IMG/VR virus record: IMGVR_UViG_3300000233_000011
Location: 1 to 50,494 of that record
Strand: one strand, 5' to 3'
Source: a virus
Lineage: Duplodnaviria; Caudoviricetes
DNA: 50,494 nucleotides
This document shows, piece by piece, positions 1 to 9,452 of the stretch. Under the pieces are notes generated by a model. That model was given only the letters and a program-made list of their open reading frames with translations. It was not told where the DNA came from and made no database searches. The translations under genes and the position numbers were made by a program. Every line of letters begins with the position of its first letter. Within the stretch, counting starts at the first letter, position 1.

Positions 1-252
1 GGGGGGGGGTAGGTGGTGGGGGGTGGGGGGCCAGAGGGGCGGGGCGTCTCCCCATACACTTGAACGACTTTTCCTCTACTCATACCGATGAGGATACGCA
101 GAGACCTGCGGCCCCCGTGAACAGAACGTGAACGGTTTTTTGAGACTGTGTATCGTGCAGGCAATCTCAATACCTGTTGACGAACCGGGTTGCCCTGTGT
201 CAATGTCGTTGCACGACATTGGTAATGACCACACACGACCAGCAGGAGCATC

Positions 253-705
253 ATGCAGTACTTTCGTTATGAGCGCAGAGCGGCATCAGCTGCCCTCTAC
301 CCCAGCCCACCCGCAGCCTCACTGTCCCATTTCAAAACCGGTCCCGTGCATGAAGTGGACGACACGATGACACTGCGCGATTGTGTCAAACGATTCCCCT
401 CCCCCGACCAGGAGCCCGATCCCGTCCCCGCTCTGAGTCCCACTCCCCCGACCCCCGCGCCTGCTGCTGTGCATGTGGACACGAAGTCAGAGGCCAATGG
501 CGCGTCGGTGGTGGCATATCGCAATTACAGGGGCGAGGTGTCGATCCGCACATTCTGGCCGCGCCGCGTTTGGTTCGGATCGACGGAGTACCATCCCGAG
601 GAGCAGTGGCTGCTCGACGTGTGGGACGTGGACAAGGATGCCGAGCGGACGTATGCGTTGTCCGGGTTCGTGAATCCGAAGGAGGTGGCAAATGTCTGGG
701 CGTGA
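253..705 (+). CDS. Stand-alone WYL-like domain protein with Pro-rich linker
   Basis: AGGAG SD precedes the ATG at 253. The C-terminal YRNYRGEVSIRTFWP..WFGSTEYHPEEQWLLDVWDVDKDAERTYAL matches the WYL-domain pattern. Confidence 0.7.
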   Translation: MQYFRYERRAASAALYPSPPAASLSHFKTGPVHEVDDTMTLRDCVKRFPSPDQEPDPVPALSPTPPTPAPAAVHVDTKSEANGASVVAYRNYRGEVSIRTFWPRRVWFGSTEYHPEEQWLLDVWDVDKDAERTYALSGFVNPKEVANVWA

Positions 706-808
706 TCCGAGGTTCAAATCAGGTTGGTGGGTGGGGCCGGTGTTTCTCGTCGCACTGGTCACCTGGGCGTATATCATCGCAGTGGTTGTGACAGAATGGG
801 TAAGGTAA
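692..808 (+). CDS. Small membrane protein (38 aa)
   Basis: Read by hand: GGAGG SD, then MSGRDPRFKSGWWVGPVFLVALVTWAYIIAVVVTEWVR* with one TM segment. It is below the ORF-track cutoff. Confidence 0.6.
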   Translation: MSGRDPRFKSGWWVGPVFLVALVTWAYIIAVVVTEWVR

Positions 809-984
809 CGATTTCCACACATGGGCAGTTCAAGCGCAGCATTGCGTTTGACCGTGGCTGTCGAATCCATGGGCGCGTGACGCGCTTTCACTTCTGCAAG
901 GAAAAGTATCCGGAGATGTTCGTTCCCGGATACGATGACGGGGTGGTGGCGAGGCCGCAGATCGGGGGACAAGATGACGCCTGA
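796..984 (+). CDS. Hypothetical protein
   Basis: ATG at 796 in the 724..984 frame. It fills the gap and overlaps both neighbours. Confidence 0.5.
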   Translation: MGKVTISTHGQFKRSIAFDRGCRIHGRVTRFHFCKEKYPEMFVPGYDDGVVARPQIGGQDDA

Positions 985-1387
985 GCAGTTGGCCGCAAAT
1001 GGTTCCGAGGATGGGCATCAAGCTGCATTGTTTTGCTGGATTCAGCAGAACAGGGGCGATGCGCGCCTGCCGGGCATAGACAAGATGTTTGCCATCCCGA
1101 ACGGGGGCGCTCGGTCTGCTGCAACAGGGGCACGTCTCAAGATGACAGGGGTGAAGCGGGGGGTGCCCGATACGTTCCTCCCGGTCCCGTTTGGGCAATA
1201 CGCCGGACTGTTCATCGAGATGAAGAAGCCCGCGGATCGTGAAAAGCACACGTCCAAGGGTCGCACGTCGAATGAGCAGGACGAGTTCCTTTCGTTCCTG
1301 ACAGCCATGCACTACAAGTGCGAAGTGTGCTTCACTTGGGAGGAAGCCGTCGCGGCCCTCAAGCGATACTACATGGTGCAAGAATGA
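974..1387 (+). CDS. VRR-NUC family nuclease (putative Holliday junction resolvase)
   Basis: Motifs SEDGHQ, FAIPNGG, GVKRGVPD, GLFIEMK and S.EQ.EF. Confidence 0.85.
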   Translation: MTPEQLAANGSEDGHQAALFCWIQQNRGDARLPGIDKMFAIPNGGARSAATGARLKMTGVKRGVPDTFLPVPFGQYAGLFIEMKKPADREKHTSKGRTSNEQDEFLSFLTAMHYKCEVCFTWEEAVAALKRYYMVQE

Positions 1388-1650
1388 GAACGACACAGGC
1401 GAAAGACACAATGTCCCGCCTGGTGGACGCGCGTCGTCACGATCTCGCGCGGTATCACGCGCAAGGGCCGGACGGACGTTTCTTGCACATGAGCGGGCAG
1501 GGCTTCACCGACAACCCGGAGTGGTATTGGCGGGGCAGCTACACGCAGTTCAAGAACATCAACCTGCAACATGGCAACACGTTGCGGCACATCAACCGGG
1601 ACGAGATGGGCGTGACAGCCTACACCCCAACATCGAAGGAAAACCTATGA
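1384..1650 (+). CDS. Hypothetical protein
   Basis: ATGA overlaps at both ends. Confidence 0.65.
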   Translation: MRTTQAKDTMSRLVDARRHDLARYHAQGPDGRFLHMSGQGFTDNPEWYWRGSYTQFKNINLQHGNTLRHINRDEMGVTAYTPTSKENL

Positions 1651-1847
1651 GCACGTTCCTCTTCCTCCTCGCGCTTCTCGCCGGGTCCATTTGGATCATC
1701 GGCCTGATGCTTTTCTGTCTCGGCCTGATGCACGGACATCTCAAGGACAGGAAAGAAACCTTTGGTGCGCAAGTCAACGAACAACTGAAACAACGCCTGG
1801 ATTACCTTGAGGAGCGGATTGATGCAGCTATCTCCACAAAGCATTGA
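1647..1847 (+). CDS. Hypothetical membrane protein
   Basis: AAGGA SD and ATGA overlap; N-terminal hydrophobic segment followed by a coiled-coil-like tail. Confidence 0.65.
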   Translation: MSTFLFLLALLAGSIWIIGLMLFCLGLMHGHLKDRKETFGAQVNEQLKQRLDYLEERIDAAISTKH

Positions 1848-2346
1848 GCGCCTCTCGCTCGATCCCATCGCCCAACTGATCCAGCCGTTTGATCGGCGGC
1901 ACGTTCACGAACAATCCGGGATGTCCGGGGGCCTGTCGTGTGCGGGGTATGACGTCCACATGGGCGACGTGCTGCAAGGGCTCACGATCTTCGAGCGGCA
2001 ACCGTTCAAACAGGATCAGGGCTACTGGGTGTTGCCCCCTCGGACGGGATGTCTCGCCGTGACCGCAGAACGCTTTCGGTTGCCTGTGGACATCTGCATG
2101 CTCTACTTCAACAAGAGCACGCTTGCGCGGCAGTTCCTGAACGCCTGCGCGACGTTGTGTGAACCTGGGTGGGAGGGCTACCTCACGCTTGAGCTCTACA
2201 ATCAATCCGACGCCAACCACATCCTGATCCCAGGACAGCCCATCGGTCAAGTTATCTTCAACAGGCTTGACCAGCCCTCGGCTTTCCCGTATCGTGGAAA
2301 GTATCAGGGGCAGGCAGCGGTGCCTGTCGAAGCTCGGAGGGAATGA
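1822..2346 (+). CDS. dcd: dCTP deaminase / trimeric dUTPase family protein
   Basis: Motifs GLSCAGYDV, KSTLAR, EPGWEGYLTLELYN, PGQPIGQVIF and YRGKYQGQ; GAGGAG SD. Confidence 0.85.
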   Translation: MQLSPQSIERLSLDPIAQLIQPFDRRHVHEQSGMSGGLSCAGYDVHMGDVLQGLTIFERQPFKQDQGYWVLPPRTGCLAVTAERFRLPVDICMLYFNKSTLARQFLNACATLCEPGWEGYLTLELYNQSDANHILIPGQPIGQVIFNRLDQPSAFPYRGKYQGQAAVPVEARRE

Positions 2347-2747
2347 TGGAGTGGACGCGCGTGACAGACTGGTCGTGGGAAACCCCTGACGGTCGGTACT
2401 ACATCGAGAAGTCGTCGTCTGGCACGCGCTTCCGGATCTACACGAGGGGGCATTTCTTGAGCGATGCCCTCGACCTCGAAACGGCGCAGGCGTTTTGCAA
2501 CGATTATGCCTTGAAGTTGAAGGCCGAAACCAAAACCGGCAAATACAACAAACGCATCCGGAACGAGGTTGTGGACGTTTACGACATTTTGTCGGCGTTC
2601 AACGTGACGTGTCCGGCGTTGCAGCACGCCATCAAGAAGCTCCTGATGCCGGGTCAGCGGGGTGCCAAGAATCGTCTTGCTGATCTGATCGAAGCGAGGC
2701 AGGCTCTTGACCGTGCGATTGACATGGAGCTGGAGACAAAACGGTAA
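2343..2747 (+). CDS. Conserved phage protein, C-terminal domain DUF3310-like
   Basis: VDVYDILSAF..PALQHAIKKLL.PG.RG.K...DL.EA..AL.RAI pattern. Confidence 0.55.
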   Translation: MMEWTRVTDWSWETPDGRYYIEKSSSGTRFRIYTRGHFLSDALDLETAQAFCNDYALKLKAETKTGKYNKRIRNEVVDVYDILSAFNVTCPALQHAIKKLLMPGQRGAKNRLADLIEARQALDRAIDMELETKR

Positions 2748-3061
2748 TGCTGTCGGAGGCGCAAGACTGGGCGATACGGGGCTTCTATCACAACAACGGG
2801 CGCATGACCGCTCAAGACGTTGGGTTGTGGATGACGTATCGCCCGGGCCTTGACACGACAAACAAGGTCTACAGCAACTTCACACTCGGGCGCATGGGTG
2901 GGGGCATGATCGCCAACCTTGTGCGCTCGGACATGGTTACATCGCACAAGCTGAACGGGGTCACCTGGGCGCGTTGGACCGAGGCGGGCAAGCTATATTG
3001 CGCCCCCGCCGAGCAACAGCTCCCGCCCGAGCTTCAAACCTTCCTGAGAGATTACCTATGA
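2747..3061 (+). CDS. Hypothetical protein
   Basis: TAATG overlap with the upstream gene; GGAG SD. Confidence 0.65.
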   Translation: MLSEAQDWAIRGFYHNNGRMTAQDVGLWMTYRPGLDTTNKVYSNFTLGRMGGGMIANLVRSDMVTSHKLNGVTWARWTEAGKLYCAPAEQQLPPELQTFLRDYL

Positions 3062-3459
3062 CCGAGATCCCTTATCGTGAGCTGCTCAAGGAAGGTGGCT
3101 GTGTTCGTGCCGCATTGAAAGCAACCCTGCAATGGGGTGACTGGGCGGATGTGTTCTGTGACGGCATATTGTCCGAGATGGACAAAACCCATCTCGAAGA
3201 TTTTGTCTTGACATACGGCGCACAAGCTGCCAACGTATGTCCTACCGGCTCCGGGGGTGTTCAGCTCAACATTGCCTGGAAAGAGCGTGGATCGTGGGCT
3301 GTCCACATCGGCGAGAGCTTTGACGACGCGGTCAACAAGATGTGGCTGCAAAAAGCGATGATAGATCGCATAACGAAGGAGAGAAACAATGAGCCTACAC
3401 CTGATAAAGGAAATGCAGGAGATCCTGGCGCACTCGAGATACTACCGTGGTCCGGTTGA
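3058..3459 (+). CDS. Hypothetical protein
   Basis: ATGA overlap at 3058 (MTEIPY...). Confidence 0.6.
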   Translation: MTEIPYRELLKEGGCVRAALKATLQWGDWADVFCDGILSEMDKTHLEDFVLTYGAQAANVCPTGSGGVQLNIAWKERGSWAVHIGESFDDAVNKMWLQKAMIDRITKERNNEPTPDKGNAGDPGALEILPWSG

Positions 3460-4087
3460 CGGAAACATGTCCCCCGCGTTTGATGACGCGGTCAGCAACT
3501 TCAAGGCTGAAAGCGGGATGGTTCGTCGACCGTTCATCGGTCCCGAGACGCTCAAGCAGATGGGCATTGATCCCAAGCGTCTGGTCGAGCTGCCGGCCCC
3601 GTGGGCGAACGAGATGGGTCGCTACATGGGCCTGCACGAAGTGCGTGACAATGGCATCCTGTCTCGCTGGTTGAAGTCGGACGGCTCGTTCCTCGGCGAC
3701 CCCGCGAAGCTGCCATGGTGTGGGGATGCCGTTCACACGTCGATCCGTCTGACCCTGCCCGAGGAAAAGTTCAGCGGCAACCTTGCCAAGAACCCTTACT
3801 GGGCTTTGAACTGGCTTGAGTTCGGAACCGCCACGCATCCGTGCTACGGGGCGATCCTTGCGTTCCAACGTCCTGGCGGTGGGCATGTCGGTTTCGCTGT
3901 CGGCGTCGATGACAAGGCCCGCAAGATTCTTGTCCGCGGCGGCAACCAAAAGAACATGGTTTCCGATGCGTGGCTGGACATCAGCAACCTGAAAGGTTAC
4001 CGTTGGCCGTTGACCGCGACAGGTCCCCTCCTGCCAATTCCGCGGTTGGACTCGAAAAACTATTCGGTTGTATCTGAACTGTCTTGA
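3389..4087 (+). CDS. Endolysin: peptidoglycan-binding domain plus TIGR02594/CHAP-like peptidase
   Basis: AAGGAG SD. N-terminal Y.GPVDG....AV..FK...G..GP.T PG-binding motif. Catalytic motifs PWCG, GGGHVGF and GGNQ. Confidence 0.85.
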   Translation: MSLHLIKEMQEILAHSRYYRGPVDGNMSPAFDDAVSNFKAESGMVRRPFIGPETLKQMGIDPKRLVELPAPWANEMGRYMGLHEVRDNGILSRWLKSDGSFLGDPAKLPWCGDAVHTSIRLTLPEEKFSGNLAKNPYWALNWLEFGTATHPCYGAILAFQRPGGGHVGFAVGVDDKARKILVRGGNQKNMVSDAWLDISNLKGYRWPLTATGPLLPIPRLDSKNYSVVSELS

Positions 4088-4112
4088 CAATCTAGGCGTG
4101 TCCTCGTAACTG
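4084..4112 (+). promoter_or_regulatory. Putative sigma70-like promoter before the holin-like genes
   Basis: TTGACA-N17-TAACTG; the -10 element is weak. Confidence 0.35.
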
Positions 4113-4135
4113 TAGGATGACAGGCGAGGGCACGC

Positions 4136-4336
4136 ATGGATTGGACGAGCATCATAACGGAGCTAGGGGGCGGGTTGCCGGCGGTTGTAATCGTCGCGCT
4201 CGCCTTCTGGATCTGGCATCGTGAACAGAGGATCAACGACCTCACGGACAAGTTCATAGAACAGAACGGCGAAAACATTGCCGCAATGAACAAGTTGACC
4301 TCGGCAATCCGCGAACGGAGGCCAGTCGATGAATAA
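4136..4336 (+). CDS. Small membrane protein, holin/antiholin candidate
   Basis: One TM segment plus a charged coiled coil, directly after the endolysin. Confidence 0.6.
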   Translation: MDWTSIITELGGGLPAVVIVALAFWIWHREQRINDLTDKFIEQNGENIAAMNKLTSAIRERRPVDE

Positions 4337-4499
4337 GTGGATCGAAGATCTTCTGCCGTTCCTATTCCGCAGCAAGCGGCGTGCCCTGCAAACAGATGCC
4401 TTGGTCGTCAAACGCCAGGAGGCGCATCTTCAACTAGACGAAGCCATCGAGAAGTTGGCCGAGGCACGAGCACGAAAGGCAGCACACCGTGGCACTTGA
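4329..4499 (+). CDS. Hypothetical protein (56 aa) in lysis cassette
   Basis: Read by hand: GGAGG SD, MNKWIEDLLPFLFRSKRRALQ...AHRGT*. It fills the gap and overlaps both neighbours. Confidence 0.6.
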   Translation: MNKWIEDLLPFLFRSKRRALQTDALVVKRQEAHLQLDEAIEKLAEARARKAAHRGT

Positions 4500-4911
4500 C
4501 ATTTACATCCTATCGGCCGCCTTGGTCGGGTTGACTATGCTGACCCTTGTCGTCGGGTATGCTCGGGTGCTGTTCAACACCCACAGCGCAGCCTTTCACA
4601 TTGCGTTGTCAACCTGTCTGATCTTCTTTTCCTTTGCGGCGCGGGCTTGGTTTTGGGACCTGGCCTCCGTCATTGACCCAACCATCAAAGAGGCCGGCGT
4701 GCTGCACATGGATCGCGTCAATACGGTTTTCAACCTGCTTGCGATCTGGAGCGCCCTGCACGGACACTACGCCTTCTACCTGATGATCCCGGCCGAGGAC
4801 AAGGAAAAGCATCACTGGAACATTTTCACGGCGTGGATGTATCCACCGTGGTTGCTGTTCCACGAGTTCAACAATTTCGCCCGCAAACTGAAGTGGAAGA
4901 AAAAAGAATGA
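4489..4911 (+). CDS. Multi-pass membrane protein, holin candidate
   Basis: About three hydrophobic helices and a basic C-terminus (KLKWKKKE); located in the lysis cassette. Confidence 0.6.
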   Translation: MALDIYILSAALVGLTMLTLVVGYARVLFNTHSAAFHIALSTCLIFFSFAARAWFWDLASVIDPTIKEAGVLHMDRVNTVFNLLAIWSALHGHYAFYLMIPAEDKEKHHWNIFTAWMYPPWLLFHEFNNFARKLKWKKKE

Positions 4912-5216
4912 CTCGCTGGCTTAACACCGTGCTGGTCTACGTCGCTGCGGCTTCGGTCGTGGCGGCGTCCATTTTGGGCTTCCTGTGGTGGAACGCCCGA
5001 GAAGCCTTGTCCGAGGCACGGGAACAGATCGTTGTTCTCGAGAAAACCCGCGAAGCTGACAACCGCGCGTTTGAACGGTTGCAGGCTGAACGTAACGCGA
5101 TCCAAAGACGTTACGATGAATTGAACCGTGAACTGTCGGAGATCACAGATGCACCGTCCGTCGATTATCTCAATGCTCCTGTGCCTGACTCTGTTCGCCG
5201 GCTGCTCGAACGCTGA
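4908..5216 (+). CDS. i-spanin (Rz-like)
   Basis: N-terminal TM, coiled coil, and C-terminal PVPDSVRRLL typical of Rz. Confidence 0.8.
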   Translation: MTRWLNTVLVYVAAASVVAASILGFLWWNAREALSEAREQIVVLEKTREADNRAFERLQAERNAIQRRYDELNRELSEITDAPSVDYLNAPVPDSVRRLLER

Positions 5217-5388
5217 CAGGCTGCAACCGCCTCCCGTCTTGCTCGAACCTGCGCAAGCTCTGCCCCGCCCACCTGTGGCCACCAATCGTGCCATGGTGTC
5301 TCGTCTCATCGCGTCGGAAAAGGCATATGATGAACTGGCATCACGGTTTAACACGCTTATTGCGTGGATTGTTGAAACTGCGCCTTGA
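5149..5388 (+). CDS. o-spanin (Rz1-like lipoprotein)
   Basis: Overlaps Rz in another frame. Signal peptide with LFAGC lipobox and a Pro-rich mature region. Confidence 0.8.
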   Translation: MHRPSIISMLLCLTLFAGCSNADRLQPPPVLLEPAQALPRPPVATNRAMVSRLIASEKAYDELASRFNTLIAWIVETAP

Positions 5389-5414
5389 CAAGGTGGGCAG
5401 GCACCCCCTATCGT
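5385..5414 (+). promoter_or_regulatory. Putative promoter for the packaging/head operon
   Basis: TTGACA-N18-TATCGT upstream of terS. Confidence 0.5.
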
Positions 5415-5437
5415 AAGGGGAACGGATTGAGGCACAC

Positions 5438-5887
5438 ATGATCGACCTGGACAACATCTACATTAAGTATGCCGAACGCTACCTGATGATCGGCAACACG
5501 CGGCAGGCCGCGTTGGACGTTGGCGTGCCTGCGGACTCGGTCAACGAGTTCATTCAAAACACGACCAAGCATCCGGAAGTCCTTCGGTTGCTTGCCGAGG
5601 CTGAACTTGAGATGCCGAACTTTGAGGATCAGGCATCGGTCAAGAAATACATCCTCAAGCAGCTGATGCGCGAGGCGAACTTCAAAGGCGCAGGCGCGCA
5701 ACAGTCGGCGCGTATCTCCGCGCTGAAAGCGATTGCCGATCTCACGGGCATCGAACCGCCGAAGAAGCTGGAAATCAACAGCGGCCACCAAGGCGGCATG
5801 ATGATGGTCCCGTTGATGGATGCGGCGATGTGGGAGACCTCGGCCGAGAAGATGCAAGATGAACTCAAGCGGGCGGCACGCGAATGA
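5438..5887 (+). CDS. terS: Terminase small subunit
   Basis: Y...GNTRQAALDVG HTH start and ARISALKAIADLTG; upstream of TerL. Confidence 0.75.
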   Translation: MIDLDNIYIKYAERYLMIGNTRQAALDVGVPADSVNEFIQNTTKHPEVLRLLAEAELEMPNFEDQASVKKYILKQLMREANFKGAGAQQSARISALKAIADLTGIEPPKKLEINSGHQGGMMMVPLMDAAMWETSAEKMQDELKRAARE

Positions 5888-6315
5888 CAACCATTATCTG
5901 CGACGGCAAAACCCTTTACGCAGACAGCCGAGCATATTCCGGCGACAAGACACCCATCGGAACAAAGCACAAGCTGCATCGCTGGGAAGAAGGCATCTTC
6001 GGCGGTGCCAGCGTCAAGCCGGGCGCCCCGGAGCGCGTCTTTGCGCACCTGAAAGAACACGGCGTCAAGGCGCATGTGTCCGAACCGTTGGACGTCGAAG
6101 CCCTTTACCTGTGCAATGACGACACGCTGTATTTCTATTCCTACGGGAACGGCTGGACCGTGCTTGACAACAGCCTGACTGTGGCCATCGGATCGGGGGC
6201 GCAATACGCATATGGCGCAATGGCTGCGGGCGCAACCCCGGAAGGCGCACTTGAGATCGCAATCAACCTGGACGTGTGGTCCGATTTCCCGATCCGGAAG
6301 TTGAGCATTGAATGA
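5884..6315 (+). CDS. HslV/proteasome-beta-like Ntn threonine peptidase
   Basis: N-terminal MTTI...YADSR..G, AIGSGAQYAYGAM and A.EIAINLD.WS. Confidence 0.75.
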   Translation: MTTIICDGKTLYADSRAYSGDKTPIGTKHKLHRWEEGIFGGASVKPGAPERVFAHLKEHGVKAHVSEPLDVEALYLCNDDTLYFYSYGNGWTVLDNSLTVAIGSGAQYAYGAMAAGATPEGALEIAINLDVWSDFPIRKLSIE

Positions 6316-7871
6316 GTGTCATGGAGCCATCCATTGCCTGGAAACCGTTGGCTGGGTCACAGACCCTAGCCATCGCGTGCCCATGCAACGAGATCCTGTA
6401 TGAAGGTTCACGGGGTCCTGGCAAAACAGATTCGCAACTGATGAAGTTCCGTCGCTATGTCGGTCTCGGCTACGGCCGTTACTGGCGTGGTGTCATCTTT
6501 GACCGGGAGTATAAGAACCTTGATGACCTTGTTTCAAAGTCTCAGCGTTGGTTTCCTCAGCTGGCAGGTCCTGTTGCTCGTTTCAAGTCCTCGACTTCGG
6601 ACTACAAATGGGTTTGGGATTCCGGCGAGGAACTTCTGTTCCGTCAGATCAAGCGCAACACGGACTACTGGAACTATCACGGTCAGGAATTTCCGTTCAT
6701 CGGCTGGAACGAGCTTGCGAAGTATCCGACGCCGGACCTTTACGAAGCAATGATGTCTACCAACCGCTCATCGTTCCTGCCCGAGGAAAACACACCTCGG
6801 CGCGATCCACGGGATGACAAATCTCGTGGACCGAACGATCAGGGGTTTGCGACGTATGACGGGGCGCCCCTGCCAGAGATGCCCCTGATGATCTTCAGCA
6901 CAACGAACCCTTACGGTCCTGGCCACACATGGGTCAAGAAGACCTTCATCGACCCTGCGCCTCCGGGTCGCGTGATGAAGACCGTGACTGAGGTGTTCAA
7001 CCCGCGGACACAGCGTCGTGAGAACATCACTCGGACGAAAGTGCGTCTGTTTGGGTCATACAAAGAAAACCGTTACCTGCCCCCCGAATATGTGGCGCAG
7101 CTTGAAGCGATCCGTGACGAGAACAAACGTCGCGCCTGGCTTTACGGGGACTGGGACATCGTTGCCGGCGGGGCTTTCGATGACCTTTGGGATACTCGCG
7201 TTCACGTTATCCCGCGTTTCCAGATTCCGACGAGTTGGCGCCTGGATCGGTCATTCGACTGGGGCTCGTCTCATCCGTTCAGCGTTGGCTGGTGGGCTGA
7301 GGCGAACGGGGAAGAAGCCATCATGCAGGACGGAACGACATGGGCGCCCCCGCGTGGGACCCTGATCCGCTTTGCTGAATGGTATGGCACGGAAGAGATC
7401 GGCCGCAACGCAGGCTTGAAGATGTCGGCCAAGAACATCGCCCTTGGCATCCGTGCTTACGAGGACACGCTGCTCAAGCTCGGCTGGATTGCATCGCGCC
7501 CGCTCGCAGGCCCGGCCGACAACCAGATCCGCAACGTGACCGAAGAAGACGTTGATACCATCGAGATCAAGATGGCGCGCGAGGGTGTATTGTGGGAAAA
7601 GTCCGACAAGTCGCCCGGGTCGCGCATAAACGGTCTTCAACTGATGCGGGACCGCCTGGAAGCATCGCTTGACAACGAGGGTCCGGGCATATACGTTATG
7701 GAAAATTGCCGCGCGTTCATCGGGATCATTCCGACCCTTCCTCGGGACGAGGATAACCCGGACGACGTTGACACGAAGGCAGAAGATCACGTTTGGGATG
7801 ACACGCGCTACCGGGTCCTCGCAAGCAGCAACCGTTACGCAACGTCCATTGACGTTCATTCGCCGAGGTAA
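6312..7871 (+). CDS. terL: Terminase large subunit
   Basis: Walker A YEGSRGPGKT, Walker B FIGWNEL, STTNP.GPGH.WVK, and nuclease motifs SFDWG and EDHVWDDTRY. Confidence 0.95.
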   Translation: MSVMEPSIAWKPLAGSQTLAIACPCNEILYEGSRGPGKTDSQLMKFRRYVGLGYGRYWRGVIFDREYKNLDDLVSKSQRWFPQLAGPVARFKSSTSDYKWVWDSGEELLFRQIKRNTDYWNYHGQEFPFIGWNELAKYPTPDLYEAMMSTNRSSFLPEENTPRRDPRDDKSRGPNDQGFATYDGAPLPEMPLMIFSTTNPYGPGHTWVKKTFIDPAPPGRVMKTVTEVFNPRTQRRENITRTKVRLFGSYKENRYLPPEYVAQLEAIRDENKRRAWLYGDWDIVAGGAFDDLWDTRVHVIPRFQIPTSWRLDRSFDWGSSHPFSVGWWAEANGEEAIMQDGTTWAPPRGTLIRFAEWYGTEEIGRNAGLKMSAKNIALGIRAYEDTLLKLGWIASRPLAGPADNQIRNVTEEDVDTIEIKMAREGVLWEKSDKSPGSRINGLQLMRDRLEASLDNEGPGIYVMENCRAFIGIIPTLPRDEDNPDDVDTKAEDHVWDDTRYRVLASSNRYATSIDVHSPR

Positions 7872-7874
7872 GAC

Positions 7875-9452
7875 ATGCCCAAAGGTTTCATCCCGGTCAA
7901 CAAGCCGCAGAAGAACGTCTCGACCTCCACGGTCGGAATGCCAAACGTGTCTTACATGCGCCCGGAGGTTCGGACAGCCCTCGCGCGTTGGGACCTGATC
8001 TCGGATTGTCTTGACGGCGAAGATGCTGTCAAAGCCAAGAAAGACAAATACCTGCCTGTCCCCGACGCCGAGTCTGGCGGGACCGTGACAGACGCGCGCT
8101 ACACCAACTACCTGACCCGCGCGGTCTTCTACGGTGTGACGGCTCGGACGCTTATCGGGCTTGTCGGGCAGGTGTTCGGCCGGGACTCTGTGATCGAACT
8201 GCCGCCCAGCATGGAACAGCTGGTCGAGGACGTTGAAGGCACGGGCACCGGGCTTGAGCAACAGGCGAAGAAGGCGTTGGAATACACCCTCGCGTATGGG
8301 CGCGGCGGGCTGCTGGCCGACTTCCCCAAGACCGATGGCACTGTGACCCGGGCGCAGATGGAGTCGGGCGAGATGCGTCCGATCATCAAGCTCTATGATC
8401 CTCGCAACATCATCAACTGGCGCACCCGCAAGGTGGGCGCAAAGACCCTGCTGTGCCTGGTCGTGTTGCGCGAGACCATGGACGTCGAAGATGACGGGTT
8501 CGAGACCAAGACGGCTGTTGCATATCGTGTGCTTCGTCTGGACGAGAAAACCAACATCTATTCGGTTCAAGTCTACGTCGAAGAAACGGTTGACGGCAAA
8601 GTGTCAATCAGCGAAGTTGGCGAACTCGTGCAGCCGACGAAAGCCGATGGGAAAACTTTCGATCATATCCCGTTCACCTTCTTCGGTCCTGAGAACAACG
8701 ATCCGGATCTGGACTCGTCGCCACTTTACACGATGGCGACGCTGAACATTGCCCATTACCGCAACTCGGCCGACTTCGAGGATGCGTGCTTCATCGCAGG
8801 CCAGCCGACACCGGTCTTTGCAGGGTTGACCGAGGAATGGGTCAACAATGTGATGAAGGGCAAAGTTTACCTGGGCTCGCGTGGTGGGATCATGTTGCCC
8901 AAGGACGGCAGCGCACAACTGTTGCAGCCCTCGCCCAACTCCATGCCCAAAGAGGCAATGGATATGAAAGAGGGGCAGATGCGTGCCCTCGGCGCGAAGC
9001 TGGTCGAAGAACGGTCGATCCGTCGCACAGCGACCGAAGCCACGCAGGACGAGGCGTCTGAAACGTCGATCCTGTCGAGTGCGACTAAGAACGTGTCCGC
9101 AGCCTATCGCAGCGCGATCATGTGGGCACAAGAGTTCATTCCCGAGGCGGGCGAGTTCAAGTTCGATTTGAACAGCGACTTTGACCTGTCGAACATGACC
9201 CCGCAGGAACGGCAGCAACTGATTGCCGAATGGCAGGCCGAGGCCATCACCTGGAGCGAGATGCGGTCGGCCCTCAAGCGGGCGCGCATCGCATCCGAGG
9301 ACGACGCCGAAGCCCTTGCCAACATCAAAGAGAATCCGCCCGCATCGTCTTTGATGGCGCAGGCGGCGCTTGATGCAAAGGCTGGGGCGGGCGATGACGA
9401 GGAAGACGACACGGGCGGGAACGACACGCAAACCGGCGGGAACAACGAATGA
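7875..9452 (+). CDS. Portal protein (DUF4055 type)
   Basis: Motifs YL.RAVFY..T.RTL.GLVG, IPFTFFG and LNIAHYRNSAD; follows TerL. Confidence 0.9.
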   Translation: MPKGFIPVNKPQKNVSTSTVGMPNVSYMRPEVRTALARWDLISDCLDGEDAVKAKKDKYLPVPDAESGGTVTDARYTNYLTRAVFYGVTARTLIGLVGQVFGRDSVIELPPSMEQLVEDVEGTGTGLEQQAKKALEYTLAYGRGGLLADFPKTDGTVTRAQMESGEMRPIIKLYDPRNIINWRTRKVGAKTLLCLVVLRETMDVEDDGFETKTAVAYRVLRLDEKTNIYSVQVYVEETVDGKVSISEVGELVQPTKADGKTFDHIPFTFFGPENNDPDLDSSPLYTMATLNIAHYRNSADFEDACFIAGQPTPVFAGLTEEWVNNVMKGKVYLGSRGGIMLPKDGSAQLLQPSPNSMPKEAMDMKEGQMRALGAKLVEERSIRRTATEATQDEASETSILSSATKNVSAAYRSAIMWAQEFIPEAGEFKFDLNSDFDLSNMTPQERQQLIAEWQAEAITWSEMRSALKRARIASEDDAEALANIKENPPASSLMAQAALDAKAGAGDDEEDDTGGNDTQTGGNNE

